Below, piece by piece: positions 11,057 through 21,462 of a stretch of DNA of 64,000 bases. The notes under the pieces are model-generated. The model was given only the letters and a program-made list of their open reading frames with translations, ran no database searches and had not been told where the DNA came from. Position numbers and translations under genes: made by a program. The DNA is from an uncultured delta proteobacterium (GTDB lineage: Bacteria; Desulfobacterota; Syntrophobacteria; BM002). The stretch is taken from positions 11,259-75,258 of the forward strand of contig CAVQGX010000017.1 of assembly GCA_963712115.1 (NCBI GenBank), written 5' to 3'. Numbering within the stretch: position 1 is the first letter of the stretch; each line of letters begins with the position of its first letter.

Positions 11057-12706
11057 ATGTCGAAATTACCAGAAAATTACCTACCCCCAAAAGACGTGTG
11101 GCCTGAGTATCTCGTTCCTGAAGAGTTTGCCGACACTCCCATGGAGCTGAATCTTGCCGACTATCTCGTCGACCGCCACGTGCGAGAAGGCAGGGGTGAT
11201 AACCCTGCGATTAAATTCATGGACAAAACCATCACCTACGCTCAACTCCAGCAACAGGTAAACAAGTTCGGTAACTCTCTAAAAAAAGCTGGCGTAGAAC
11301 CTCAAGATCGGGTTGGCATCCGGTTGGTCAACTCACCTCAGGCTGTTGTCACCATCTTTGCCATTGAGAAAGTCGGCGCTATCCCGGTACCCACCTCACC
11401 CCTGTGGTCAGCGGAAGAGGTGGCTTTTGTGGCCAATGACTCAGAGATGAAGTTTTTTGTGGTCAACGCCCCTCTCATGGAGCAGGTGGAAAAAGCCAAA
11501 GCCATTCTTAAGCACGGTACCAAGGTTATTGTCATCGGCGGCAATCCCGACGAGGTAAAGGCTGCAGGCAACCTGGTCTACGAAGAGATGCTGGAAGCCG
11601 GTTCTGCCGAGCTTGCGCCCACCATGCTCAAGGCCAATGACATCGGGATCATGCTCTATACTTCCGGCACCACCGGCATGCCCAAGGGTTGCGTGCACTT
11701 TATCCGGCCGGCCGTTATAGAGGCTAGGATTGTGAACAAATACGTCTATAAGATGAAACCCGGAGACGTTCTAGGCGGAGCAGCCCCGGTTTCTTTTGCC
11801 GCCGGCTTCGGCACCTTCACCCTCCTTCCCTTCGAAGGAGGAGCCGCCATCTCGCTCATACCCAAGTTCACTCCGCCGGACATGATGGATCTCATCCAGA
11901 AGCACAAGATCACCATTCTCACCGGCCTTCCAACTGGTTACCGAGCATTGATGAAGTTCCCCGCTTTCAAAAATTACGACGTCAGCTCGGTTCGTCTCTA
12001 CACCTCGGGTGGTGACGCCCTGGGCTCTGACACTCTAAAAGGTTGGCAGGCCCTTACCGGTAAACCCATCTGGGAGGGCCTCGGTGGCACTGAGATGCTC
12101 CACCTCGTTACCTCTAACACCATGAATCCGGAGCCGGTGCCCGACTCTATCGGCAAACCTTTGCCCGGTGTCGAGGTCCGTGTCATTGACGAGTCCGGCA
12201 AGGATTGCAAGCCGAACGAGGTCGGGAGCATGATTCTCAAAGGTGCCTCGGGTACGCTCTATTGGAAGCCATACGTGGACAATGAACGTCTGCTCAAGTC
12301 GCAGAAGAAGGGCGTGGTCAACGGCTGGAATCAGATGGGGGACGCCGTCTTTATGAAAGAAGATGGCAACATCTGCTTCGTCTCCCGCGAAGACGACATG
12401 ATCAAGAGCTCCGGCTACCGCATCGGTCCTGCCGAGGTGGAAGAGGCCCTTGAAAAGCATCCGGCTATAGCTGAGGCGGGTGTGGTAGGCATCCCCGATC
12501 CTGACAAAGGGCAGATTACTAAGGCCTTTTTGGTATTGAAAGAAGGACACGAGGGTAGCGATGAGTTCTTCGAAGAACTCAAAACGTTCTTGAAAGAGCA
12601 TATCGCCGTTTACAAGCTGCCCAGGGCCATCGAGTACAGAGAGTCCCTGCCACGGACTCCCACAGGCAAGCTCTTGCGCCGTCACTTGCGTCCACCGAAA
12701 AAATAG
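11057..12706 (+). CDS. AMP-forming acyl/aryl-CoA ligase (benzoate/2-aminobenzoate-CoA ligase-like)
   Basis: YTSGTTGMPKG, GLGGTE, REDDMIKSSGYRIGPAEVE, LPRTPTGKL; N-terminal LPPxxxWP; GGAGG before ATG 11057. Confidence 0.88.
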   Translation: MSKLPENYLPPKDVWPEYLVPEEFADTPMELNLADYLVDRHVREGRGDNPAIKFMDKTITYAQLQQQVNKFGNSLKKAGVEPQDRVGIRLVNSPQAVVTIFAIEKVGAIPVPTSPLWSAEEVAFVANDSEMKFFVVNAPLMEQVEKAKAILKHGTKVIVIGGNPDEVKAAGNLVYEEMLEAGSAELAPTMLKANDIGIMLYTSGTTGMPKGCVHFIRPAVIEARIVNKYVYKMKPGDVLGGAAPVSFAAGFGTFTLLPFEGGAAISLIPKFTPPDMMDLIQKHKITILTGLPTGYRALMKFPAFKNYDVSSVRLYTSGGDALGSDTLKGWQALTGKPIWEGLGGTEMLHLVTSNTMNPEPVPDSIGKPLPGVEVRVIDESGKDCKPNEVGSMILKGASGTLYWKPYVDNERLLKSQKKGVVNGWNQMGDAVFMKEDGNICFVSREDDMIKSSGYRIGPAEVEEALEKHPAIAEAGVVGIPDPDKGQITKAFLVLKEGHEGSDEFFEELKTFLKEHIAVYKLPRAIEYRESLPRTPTGKLLRRHLRPPKK

Positions 12707-12732
12707 GATCTGCTGAAACCACTAGAAACACC

Positions 12733-12768
12733 AATCCCCTCCCCTCTCTGGGTGAGGGGATTTTTTTT
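12733..12768 (+). terminator. Rho-independent terminator
   Basis: aatcccctc...gaggggatt stem followed by a T run. Confidence 0.75.
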
Positions 12769-12780
12769 AGCCGCTACCAG

Positions 12781-12867
12781 CTACTCGATACTGGATACTC
12801 GATCCTCGATAAAAACTTTAACCGCATCAAGACATCCAGCATCTAGCATCCAGTATCGAGCATCTAG
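12781..12867. repeat. Inverted gatactc/gcatcca 7-mer array
   Basis: tactcgatactggatactcgatcctcgat...atccagcatctagcatccagtatcgagcatc. Confidence 0.8.
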
Positions 12868-12959
12868 TCTCAACGTTTGTACTTTTTTTCTCTTTTAACC
12901 AATTGCAAAGTTCGGTAAGATGGCCTGAGATTATCTCGATTGTTGGAGGAGCTAGCGCA

Positions 12960-14165
12960 GTGCTTTGCAAACTCAGCCGGGCCATAGTCTACTTTTTGAT
13001 TGTCTTCCTCTGGTGCACCAACACTACTGTGGTGGCCGAAACTGTAAAGATAGGCGAGATAAATCCCCTCACCGGCAGGCTTGCTAAGCAGGGTTCAGAG
13101 ATCCATCAAGGCGTAGCCGTGGCTGTTGCTGAAGTGAATGATGGGGGCGGACTGAACGGTCGGCAAGTGGAACTCATCTCCCGGGACGACCAGAGCCAGC
13201 CAGATGTGGCCATTTCAAGGGCAGAAGAATTGTGTGCCTGGAGGAAAGTCCTTGGGCTTACCGGTGGCTACGTTGATTCCCTGGTAGGGCCTATCAGCGA
13301 AGTGGCCAAAAAATATGAGGTGCCTTACGTGGCCAGTGCCAGCCTGCAAAAGGAGCTTACCCAGCGCGAAAATCCCTACTTCTTTAGAGTGGCCAGGCTC
13401 CAGGGTTTCATCCAACCCCTTTGCGACATATTAGCTGAACGTCTGCGGCCACAGAGATTGGCAATTCTCTATGCGGCCACCCCCGGCTCCACTGAGTTCG
13501 CCCAAGATCTAGAAAATTGTCTTCGATCTCGGTCCATTATTGCTCAAATTACAGAGAAGTTCCGCCCTGGCACTCCTGACTTCACGCCTCTCATCGGCAA
13601 GTTAGCCAGCCTTAAAACAGATGTCATTGTTTCTGGTGGGTTTTTTGCGGATCATCTTCTTTTGGTGCGTCAGCTCAAAGAAAATAGGCTATTGCCCAAA
13701 GCCTACATTGGCCCCTTTGGCATTGCCTATGAGAGTTTTATTCGTGAGATGGGGGACAATGCCGAGTATCTCTACAGTACCTGCGCCTGGAATCCTGGAA
13801 TCACCCAGCCGGGTACCGAAAAAGTCTCGGAGGGATTCGTCAAAAGGTTTCGCCGCATGTTCAAACGCGAGCCCAATACTACCAACATGCACGGCTACAC
13901 CTCCACCCGCGCGCTCCTCACAGCTATGATGAATGTCTTGCACCAGAACAAACCACTCGTGGGACCTAACATCCGCCAGGCCCTTGCAGAGCTCGATCTT
14001 GTCCTACCCATGGAGCGGGTTGCCTTCGATAAGCAAGGTGATCCACTTCACTACCAACACTTGGTCGTCCAGATCCAAAATGGTAGACTCCAGGTTGTCT
14101 ACCCAGCAGACCGCGCCACTGCTGCCCCTATCTATCCAATGCCCAAATGGGGTGAACGAAAGTAG
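12960..14165 (+). CDS. ABC transporter substrate-binding protein (LivK/LivJ-like family)
   Basis: Signal peptide, VKIGEINPLTG, VN..GGLNGRQVELI..DD; GTG start after GGAGG. Confidence 0.9.
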   Translation: MLCKLSRAIVYFLIVFLWCTNTTVVAETVKIGEINPLTGRLAKQGSEIHQGVAVAVAEVNDGGGLNGRQVELISRDDQSQPDVAISRAEELCAWRKVLGLTGGYVDSLVGPISEVAKKYEVPYVASASLQKELTQRENPYFFRVARLQGFIQPLCDILAERLRPQRLAILYAATPGSTEFAQDLENCLRSRSIIAQITEKFRPGTPDFTPLIGKLASLKTDVIVSGGFFADHLLLVRQLKENRLLPKAYIGPFGIAYESFIREMGDNAEYLYSTCAWNPGITQPGTEKVSEGFVKRFRRMFKREPNTTNMHGYTSTRALLTAMMNVLHQNKPLVGPNIRQALAELDLVLPMERVAFDKQGDPLHYQHLVVQIQNGRLQVVYPADRATAAPIYPMPKWGERK

Positions 14166-14170
14166 CACTC

Positions 14171-15028
14171 ATGTGGACCACTGTTCTAGTATCCGGGATC
14201 ACCTTGGGCTCCTTCTACACCCTTGTGGCCCTGGGATTTGCTTTGATATTCGGGGTAACCCACACCTTTAATCTGGCCCATGGCGAACTTCTTGTTCTTG
14301 CCGGCTATGTAGCCTACTGGCTCTGGAAAACCTACGGGGTCTCCCTCCTCTTAACCTTTCCCGCAGCAATCCTAGTAACCCTTGTGGTTTGCTTAATTCT
14401 GCAGCGGCTATTTTCCAGACTCAGAGAACCCATGGAAATGAACTCCCTTGTGGTTAGCTTCGGCTTGGCCATCTTGCTTCAAAACTCCATGCTTTTTTTC
14501 TTTTCCGGCGACTACCGCTTGATTCGAGTTCCCCTCCTAAATGAAGGTTTCCGTTTCCACGGACTCTACCTGAGTTACGGCCAGTTCACCCTCCTGGCCC
14601 TTTCCTTGCTGGTAATCGCTTTGACCTACGTGCTCATGCGTCACACCTACCTAGGCAAGGCATTGAGAGCAACCATTCAGGACAGAGAGTCAGCCGCCTT
14701 GGCCGGCATCAATGTGGGCGGAATGGGGATTTTGGCCTTTGCTATAGGAGCTTTATTAATAGGCTTGGCGGGCCCCCTTTTCGGTTGTATCCACTACCTC
14801 TACCCCACCGCCGGCCTGCAAGCTACCCTCATCGCCATCACCATTACAATTTTTGCCGGTGTGGGACGCATTCGTAGCTTGATCCTGGGTGGCTGGATAT
14901 TGGGCTTTGCAGAATCATGCGCAGCTGTACTCTTAGGAGCAAGCTGGCGGGAATTGGTGAGCGCACTAATGCTGCTCACCTTGCTGGCCCTGAGACCATA
15001 CGGTATCCTGGGAGTAGAAGAGAAATGA
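14171..15028 (+). CDS. ABC permease, LivH-like
   Basis: LVALGFALIFG...NLAHGE, LGKALRA...A.LAGIN. Confidence 0.92.
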   Translation: MWTTVLVSGITLGSFYTLVALGFALIFGVTHTFNLAHGELLVLAGYVAYWLWKTYGVSLLLTFPAAILVTLVVCLILQRLFSRLREPMEMNSLVVSFGLAILLQNSMLFFFSGDYRLIRVPLLNEGFRFHGLYLSYGQFTLLALSLLVIALTYVLMRHTYLGKALRATIQDRESAALAGINVGGMGILAFAIGALLIGLAGPLFGCIHYLYPTAGLQATLIAITITIFAGVGRIRSLILGGWILGFAESCAAVLLGASWRELVSALMLLTLLALRPYGILGVEEK

Positions 15029-16041
15029 CAAAAGCGCCGGCCAAGAGTGAACCCTTGAAGAACTTAGCCATCGCCCAAGTTGGCCTGCTCCTGGGGTTAG
15101 CAATCATGCTTTTGCTTCCTTTGGTGGCTGGGGGTCACGACTACGTCTTGCAAGTATTCACCCATGCCCTGTTGTTGGCAACCTTGGCCCTTGCTTGGAA
15201 CATTCTTGGTATCAGCGGCTCTATTTCTCTTGGTCATGCCGCTTTTTTTGGAGTTGGAGCCTATACCTCTGGGCTTCTCAGTCTAGAGTTGGGTGGTTCC
15301 TCCTGGGCGACAATTCCCACCGCAGGTCTGGCAGCAGTGGCGGTTGCAGTACTCGTGTGGCTATTTTGCCATCGGCTCCGAGGGGCCTATTTCGCCCTGG
15401 CAACTCTCGCCTTCGTGGAAATCCCCAGAGTACTCACAGACAATTGGGACGGTCTCACCCGAGGATCACTCGGCCTAGTTGGCCTGCCCGGTCTCCCTAC
15501 CCTACGCTTAGGAACGCACCATTTTGACATTAGCGCCAGCCCCATAGGTTCTTACTACTTTGTCCTCTTCTATGGCCTGTTGTTGTTGGCCCTGGTAACA
15601 CTCATCTTTCGATCCAATTTGGGGCTGGCTCTTCAAGCAATAAGGGAGGAAGAGACTGCAGCCGAGTCTCTGGGAATTCAGGTCCAGAGGTATCGTTTAC
15701 TGGCGCTGTTGCTCAGTGCTTTATTCAGCGGAATCACCGGTGCATGTTACGCCCACCTCATCCGTTACATTGAGCCTGGAATGGTTTACGGGCTACATTT
15801 CTCAGCCATACCTGTGATCTTCGCCATCTGCGGAGGTAGGTTCACTATCATTGGTCCAGCCTTGGCCGCTTTAGTTCTTTATCCCTTGGATCAGTTCCTT
15901 TTTCACCCCTTACTGCCTGCAGGACATGAGTTCCTCTACGGTGCGGTAATCATTCTGGCTATTCTCTTTTTGCCCTCAGGTTTCTGGGGGCAGTTGTGGA
16001 AGGGACATCTTGTCTCTATTAAGACTGGAAGCATTGAGTAA
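15025..16041 (+). CDS. ABC permease, LivM-like
   Basis: ISLGHAAFFGVGAY, LRGAYFALATLAF, AIREEE.AA.SLGI; ATGA overlap with upstream gene. Confidence 0.92.
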   Translation: MTKAPAKSEPLKNLAIAQVGLLLGLAIMLLLPLVAGGHDYVLQVFTHALLLATLALAWNILGISGSISLGHAAFFGVGAYTSGLLSLELGGSSWATIPTAGLAAVAVAVLVWLFCHRLRGAYFALATLAFVEIPRVLTDNWDGLTRGSLGLVGLPGLPTLRLGTHHFDISASPIGSYYFVLFYGLLLLALVTLIFRSNLGLALQAIREEETAAESLGIQVQRYRLLALLLSALFSGITGACYAHLIRYIEPGMVYGLHFSAIPVIFAICGGRFTIIGPALAALVLYPLDQFLFHPLLPAGHEFLYGAVIILAILFLPSGFWGQLWKGHLVSIKTGSIE

Positions 16042-16765
16042 GAGGTTTGGAGACCACTGGGCACTCAAAGAGATCGATTTCGATCTTGAAGAAGGTGAGA
16101 TCGTCGGCCTTGTTGGGCCTAATGGGGCTGGAAAGACAACTTTGTTCAACCTGATCACCGGCCGTCACAAACCTAGCAGCGGCAGGGTCTGGTTCGAGAG
16201 CAAAGATATCACCTTTTTCAGTCCTCACGAGATCCAGCGGTTTGGCATCAGTAGGACTTTTCAGTCATCCCGCCCCTTTGCCAAGATGACTGTGCTGGAA
16301 AATGTGGTGGTAGGCCGCATCTTCAGTGGCGAATTTCACCTTTTTTCTCGCCCTAAAGACATTAACACGGCTAGACAGCTTTTAGAGCTGGTGGGGTTGG
16401 CTCACAAAGGGGACACAATTGCCGGAGAACTAACTCTCAGTGAGCGTCGCAGGCTGGACCTGGCTCGCGCCCTGGCAACCGAGCCAAGGATATTACTGCT
16501 TGATGAAGTAGTCGCTGGTTTCAGCCCCCTTGCAGTGAAACAGGCAGCGGAGCTGGTTCAGAGGGTCCGAGAGCGCGGCGTAACTCTCTTTATCGTCGAT
16601 CACTTCCTGAGCCTCAGCCTTAGAGTATCCGACCGGCTGTTGGCCCTTGACCATGGAGAAAAGATTGCGGAAGGGAAACCACAGGAGGTAATGAGAAACC
16701 GCGAGGTTATTCGGGCCTACTTAGGTACGCGGCATGAGGATGAAGAGCAGAGCGCAGAGCGCTAA
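16010..16765 (+). CDS. ABC ATPase, LivG-like
   Basis: [29 protein letters not shown]. Confidence 0.92.
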   Translation: MSLLRLEALSKRFGDHWALKEIDFDLEEGEIVGLVGPNGAGKTTLFNLITGRHKPSSGRVWFESKDITFFSPHEIQRFGISRTFQSSRPFAKMTVLENVVVGRIFSGEFHLFSRPKDINTARQLLELVGLAHKGDTIAGELTLSERRRLDLARALATEPRILLLDEVVAGFSPLAVKQAAELVQRVRERGVTLFIVDHFLSLSLRVSDRLLALDHGEKIAEGKPQEVMRNREVIRAYLGTRHEDEEQSAER

Positions 16766-16977
16766 GCGCATAGCGACAATCAAGCTGGCAGAAGGCAGGT
16801 ATAAGGCATAGAGCATAGGGCATGGAGCATAGGGAAAATAAAGCTGGCAGCTAGCAATTGGCAGAAACCAGAGGTCAGAGATCAGATGTCGGAGGTCAAA
16901 GGGAAAAGCTGATCTCTGATCTCCGACTTCTGACCTCTGTGATGGACGACTTGAACGGTTTCAACGACTTGAACAGG
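16744..16977. repeat. Stack of several 7- and 9-mer repeat families
   Basis: agcgcag/agcgcta; gcatagg/gcatgga; cagaggt...tgacctctg (inverted); acgacttga/acggtttca. Confidence 0.8.
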
Positions 16978-16985
16978 ATCTTGCT

Positions 16986-17717
16986 ATGGAAACTGATAAG
17001 CCTCTTTTGGCGATACGCAACCTAAATTACTTTTACGGAGATACCCAAGCCCTCTTCCGGGTAAACCTGACGGTGTGTACAGGTCAGATTGTTTCCATCG
17101 TGGGGCCGAACGGTTCGGGAAAAACCACCTTGATGAAAGCAGTGGCCGGCCTCTTACGGCCTATCCAAGGAGAAGTGAGCTACCAGGGTGAAGCCATACA
17201 TGACCTTGCTGTTCACGAGGTCGTACGGCGGGGGTTGGTGTATGTCCCCGAAGGCATGAAGGTTTTCCCCCTCATGACCGTTGTGGAGAACCTTGAGGTA
17301 GGTGCATATATATCCCGTGAGCGGAAAGCCGACCGACTGGATTCTGTGTTCAATCTATTTCCAGCTCTTGCTGACAAAGGACACCAATCGGCCAAGACCC
17401 TAAGTGGCGGCCAAAAGAGAATGCTTACTCTAGCTCGGGGGATTATGACTGGAGCCAGTCTGCTCATGCTCGATGACCCATTTCTGGGTCTGGCCCCCAA
17501 GGACACAAATCGACTCTGCAATACCCTGAGGCAAATACGCCGCCACGGACTTACCCTGTTTCTGGCCGGCCAGCATGTGCGCAGGATCTTGAGTGTGGCC
17601 ACTAGAGCCTACCTCATTGAGGAAGGCAGAATCACTCTCTCTGGCAGCGGCGAACAACTGCGCAATCACCCCCATCTGCAAGAGAGCCTCTTTGGTATAG
17701 TGGCTGAGGCAGGATAA
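16986..17717 (+). CDS. ABC ATPase, LivF-like
   Basis: GPNGSGKT, YVPEG..VFP.MTV.ENL, LSGGQ; Walker B reads LMLDDP. Confidence 0.9.
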   Translation: METDKPLLAIRNLNYFYGDTQALFRVNLTVCTGQIVSIVGPNGSGKTTLMKAVAGLLRPIQGEVSYQGEAIHDLAVHEVVRRGLVYVPEGMKVFPLMTVVENLEVGAYISRERKADRLDSVFNLFPALADKGHQSAKTLSGGQKRMLTLARGIMTGASLLMLDDPFLGLAPKDTNRLCNTLRQIRRHGLTLFLAGQHVRRILSVATRAYLIEEGRITLSGSGEQLRNHPHLQESLFGIVAEAG

Positions 17718-17724
17718 ATGTAAT

Positions 17725-17886
17725 TTCGGATTGCGGATTGCGGATTGCGGATTTGAAAGCAAGGAGCCAGGAGATAGGAGACGGGAAGTAAAAACATAAA
17801 GACTGTCATTCCCTTCTGGCTACTGGCTACTGACTACTGGAGTTTTAACGATTTGAACGGTTTCAACGATTTGAACGACTTGAACG
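17725..17886. repeat. ggattgc, tactggc and acgatttga tandem repeats
   Basis: cggattgcggattgcggattgcggatt; ctggctactggctactgactactgg; acgatttgaacggtttcaacgatttgaacgacttgaac. Confidence 0.8.
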
Positions 17887-17902
17887 GCTCTTTAGTGACA
17901 CC

Positions 17903-18667
17903 ATGATTGACGCCCATTGTCACCTATATTCAAGCAAATACGATCACGACCTCCATGAGGTAATCCAGCGGGCCCAAAAAAAGTTACAAGGAGTGGTGAT
18001 ATCTGCGGTTGACCTGGAGAGTCTGCAGAAAAGCCTGGCCATTCGCAGGAAATATCCTGATTTCATCTACCTGACAGCAGGAATACATCCCAGGAATGCG
18101 GCCAAGCTTAACAAAGAAGAGTTAAGCGAGTTATGGCAAGCTATAAGGAGTGTCCAAGAAGAGATTGTGGCGGTGGGAGAGGTGGGCCCTGATTTTTATC
18201 GCACCAAGGATCACCCTTTGCGTCAACGACAACTCTCGGTTCTAGAGGATGCCATGGCGCAGGCGGAAGCTATGGACCTTCCTCTGGTTATTCATGCCCG
18301 CCAGGCGGAAAAAGCTGCACTGGAAGTGGTTGCCCGTTGCACAACACCGGTTCTATTCCACTGTTTTGCCGGAACCAGGCAGATGGCCAGAGAGATCACC
18401 TCCCACGGCTTCTACTTGTCTTTTTCGGCCATTCTCCTCTTCAGTTCTGAACTACAGAGGGCCGCCACTGAAATTCCCCTCGAACTCATTCTCACTGAAA
18501 CTGACAGCCCGGCCCTATCACCCCGCCGCAGCCAGCGAAGAAATGAGCCGGCTTTCCTTGAAATCATCGTTTCACGGCTGGCAAGTTTGTTTGACTATCC
18601 TGTGGATAGAGTAGGCTCGATCACCGAGGCAAATGCGGGAAGATTCTATGGAATCGCTGATCTATAG
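17903..18667 (+). CDS. TatD family metal-dependent hydrolase
   Basis: MIDAHCH, GIHP, VGEVG, IHAR, HCF, ETDSP, RNEP. Confidence 0.92.
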   Translation: MIDAHCHLYSSKYDHDLHEVIQRAQKKLQGVVISAVDLESLQKSLAIRRKYPDFIYLTAGIHPRNAAKLNKEELSELWQAIRSVQEEIVAVGEVGPDFYRTKDHPLRQRQLSVLEDAMAQAEAMDLPLVIHARQAEKAALEVVARCTTPVLFHCFAGTRQMAREITSHGFYLSFSAILLFSSELQRAATEIPLELILTETDSPALSPRRSQRRNEPAFLEIIVSRLASLFDYPVDRVGSITEANAGRFYGIADL

Positions 18668-18866
18668 TGCTTGCTTTTCTGAAATATTTCCTGATAAACT
18701 AACATTCCAGAACTTTCAGGTACTATTCCTTCTGCAATAATTCCAATTACATCGCATTTTTACCGTTAACTCACCGCCCCCCACTTTTCATTTGCGTGAG
18801 ATTGATATGGTTTTAACCAACTTTTGGAATTAGAATTTGGACTAACCAGCTACGGAGGGATAAACT

Positions 18867-19262
18867 ATGAGCGAGGAATTGAAAGCAGGCCTGACCCACA
18901 AAATTGAACGGCAAGTCACTGAGGATCTGTCGGCGCAAAAGGTCTTTCCTCATGTCCCCAACGTTTACGCCACCCGAGCCATGGTGGGGCATTTCGAGGA
19001 AGCATGTGCCGAGATGGTCCTCCCTTATCTAGGCGAAGGAGAGCAGACTGTGGGGATTGGCATGAAATTCTCCCACATTGCGGCCACCCCAATTGGAATG
19101 AAAGTGCGCTTCACCGCTAAACTTGTTGAGGTCGAGGGCAAAAAACTCACCTTTGAAGTAGAAGGTTTCGACGAAGTCGAAAAAATCGGCAAAGCCACCC
19201 ACGACCGTTTTATCATTAATGCTGAGAAGTTCAACAGCAAGATAGCACAAAAAGGCAAATAA
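18867..19262 (+). CDS. Hotdog-fold thioesterase, FlK family
   Basis: VYATRAMV...E.AC and H.AATP.G; Thr/Glu/His triad present. Confidence 0.88.
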   Translation: MSEELKAGLTHKIERQVTEDLSAQKVFPHVPNVYATRAMVGHFEEACAEMVLPYLGEGEQTVGIGMKFSHIAATPIGMKVRFTAKLVEVEGKKLTFEVEGFDEVEKIGKATHDRFIINAEKFNSKIAQKGK

Positions 19263-19267
19263 AAAGC

Positions 19268-19392
19268 CGCATAGCGTTTAATATTAAAGGCGCAGGGCGC
19301 AGGGCTCAAGGCCCGAGGCTGGAATATTCCATTTTGCTGCCTCCAACCTCTAACATATTGGCTGCCTGCTGCGGGCTGTCAGCTGCCAGCTG
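19268..19392. repeat. agggcgc and gctgcca tandem repeats
   Basis: aaggcgcagggcgcagggctcaaggccc; ggctgcctgctgcgggctgtcagctgccagc. Confidence 0.6.
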
Positions 19393-19431
19393 GGCAAGAT
19401 CTTTAAGCTTTGCTTAATTAGGAGGTAAAGT

Positions 19432-21462
19432 ATGACGGTATCTGATCCGGTGAAGCAATTGGATGCCATTCTAAGGCCTAAGAGTGTGGCGGTCATTGGA
19501 GCCTCCACCAGCCCTGACAAGCTGGGTCATGAGATTCTGAGAAACATCTTGGCCGGCGGTTTCAAAGGTGCCGTTTATCCAATCAATCCCAAAGCTGATG
19601 CGATCCTCGACCTTCCCTGCCATGGAAATGTGAAGGATCTGCAGAAGCCGCCCGATCTGGCCGTACTCATAATACCGGCCCGCTTCGTCCCGCAGGCTGT
19701 GCAGGATTGTGGTGAGATAGGTGTCAAAGGTGCGGTGATCATAACTGGTGGATTCAGCGAGGCTGGACCAGAAGGTGAAGAATTGCAGAACCAGACAACT
19801 GAATTATCGCTCAAATATGGGGTGAGGCTCATCGGGCCCAACTGCCAGGGGGTGAACAATCCCCACCACCCAATCTGCGCTTCCTGGCCCCTGCTCACCT
19901 ACCGCGGCAAGGTAGCGGTCATCTCCCAGAGCGGCACCGTAGGAGCCGCTATGATGGACTGGTTTTCCGAGGAGAAGCTCGGCGTTTCAAGTTTTGTCAG
20001 CATGGGCAACCGCGCCGATGTGGATGAGGCCGATCTTATCGACTACTTCAACCAAGATGACAACACTGAGGTTATTGCAGCATACATCGAGGGGATAAAG
20101 AGGGCTGATCGCTTCGTGCAAGTCATGGAAAGATTGCAAAAACCATTAGTTGTGCTTAAGTCCGGTCGCACGCCCAAGGGCAAGGTTGCCGCAGAATCAC
20201 ACACCAAAGCCCTTGCCGGCGCAGATGCCATCTATGATTCCCTTTTTGCAAAACATAACATTTGCCGGGCCTACACTATGGAGGAGTTCTACGACTACGC
20301 CAAGGCAGTCGCTTACCTCAAACCACCAAAAGGCAACAAGATTCTTTTCATCACCACCTCTGGCGGCGCCGCTATCCTTGCCACGGATCAGGCCGAACAG
20401 GAAGGAATTGACGCCTCTCCTTTGCCGCCCAAAGTGGCTGAGGCCATTACTCCTCTAATCCCAGCCCATGCCATTAAGGCCAACCCAATAGACCTTACCG
20501 GCGATGCCACCGCCAAGATGTTTGCAGAGGTTATCCGAGAAACTAGGGATCACTTCGACACCCTGGGGGTGATTTTTGGGGATCCGGTGGAAGGTGCTTC
20601 AGAGGTTGTGACTCCTGAGGCCAATGAACTGGTTATTTTTCTGGGCGGAGCCGATGTGGAAAGACGGGAGCGTGAACTCATGCATTTAAAAGGGATACCA
20701 GTATTTCCTACCCCTGAACGGGGTGTCAAGGCACTGGCCCAGGTCTTGGACCGCAGCATCCTTTCTCCGCCTCAAGAACCTACCCTGACCCTTTCCACTA
20801 CTGGGAGGCAACTGCCGCCCCACGAGGCCCTTTTGCTTATTGCTGAAAGGGGTTTAAACTGCTCTCCTTTCGGCCTGGCCGATAGCCCTAGCAGAGCCAG
20901 CGAAATTGCTCAACAGCAGGGATTCCCTGTAGCTCTTAAAATCAGTTCCCCCGACATAGTGCACAAAAGCGATGCTGGCGGGGTAGTACTGAACCTGGAC
21001 ACCCCTGAAGCAGTAGAAAAGGGTTACGGCCAAGTGGTGGAAAGAGTTCGCAAAGCTCTTCCCCAGGCGGCTATAGATGGTGTTTTGGTGAATAAGATGG
21101 CCCCACCTGGTCAGGAAGTTATCATAGGCATGAACCGCGATCCCCAGTTTGGCCCAATCATCCTTTTTGGGCTTGGTGGTGTCCTGGTGGAGATTTTCCG
21201 CGACGTGGCACTCCGCCATCTACCTCTCAGTCGAGAGGATGCTCTAGGGATGATCCAAGAAATTAGGGGATATCCAATACTTGCTGGGTATCGAGGGCAA
21301 GCACCAGTAAATCTCCAACCACTGGCCGACTGCCTACTAGCGGTTGCCCAGATAGCCGAAGAGTATCCGAAAATAGTGGAGATTGATTTAAACCCGGTGT
21401 TCGCTTACCCACAAGGAATCCTGGTGGCAGACGCCAGGATCATCATGGAGGAGGGCAACTAA
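19432..21462 (+). CDS. ADP-forming acyl-CoA synthetase (acetate-CoA ligase family, fused alpha/beta)
   Basis: SVAVIGAS, GPNCQG, SQSG, AAESHT (phospho-His), C-terminal ATP-grasp HKSDAGGV...FGLGG...EIDLNP. Confidence 0.92.
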   Translation: MTVSDPVKQLDAILRPKSVAVIGASTSPDKLGHEILRNILAGGFKGAVYPINPKADAILDLPCHGNVKDLQKPPDLAVLIIPARFVPQAVQDCGEIGVKGAVIITGGFSEAGPEGEELQNQTTELSLKYGVRLIGPNCQGVNNPHHPICASWPLLTYRGKVAVISQSGTVGAAMMDWFSEEKLGVSSFVSMGNRADVDEADLIDYFNQDDNTEVIAAYIEGIKRADRFVQVMERLQKPLVVLKSGRTPKGKVAAESHTKALAGADAIYDSLFAKHNICRAYTMEEFYDYAKAVAYLKPPKGNKILFITTSGGAAILATDQAEQEGIDASPLPPKVAEAITPLIPAHAIKANPIDLTGDATAKMFAEVIRETRDHFDTLGVIFGDPVEGASEVVTPEANELVIFLGGADVERRERELMHLKGIPVFPTPERGVKALAQVLDRSILSPPQEPTLTLSTTGRQLPPHEALLLIAERGLNCSPFGLADSPSRASEIAQQQGFPVALKISSPDIVHKSDAGGVVLNLDTPEAVEKGYGQVVERVRKALPQAAIDGVLVNKMAPPGQEVIIGMNRDPQFGPIILFGLGGVLVEIFRDVALRHLPLSREDALGMIQEIRGYPILAGYRGQAPVNLQPLADCLLAVAQIAEEYPKIVEIDLNPVFAYPQGILVADARIIMEEGN

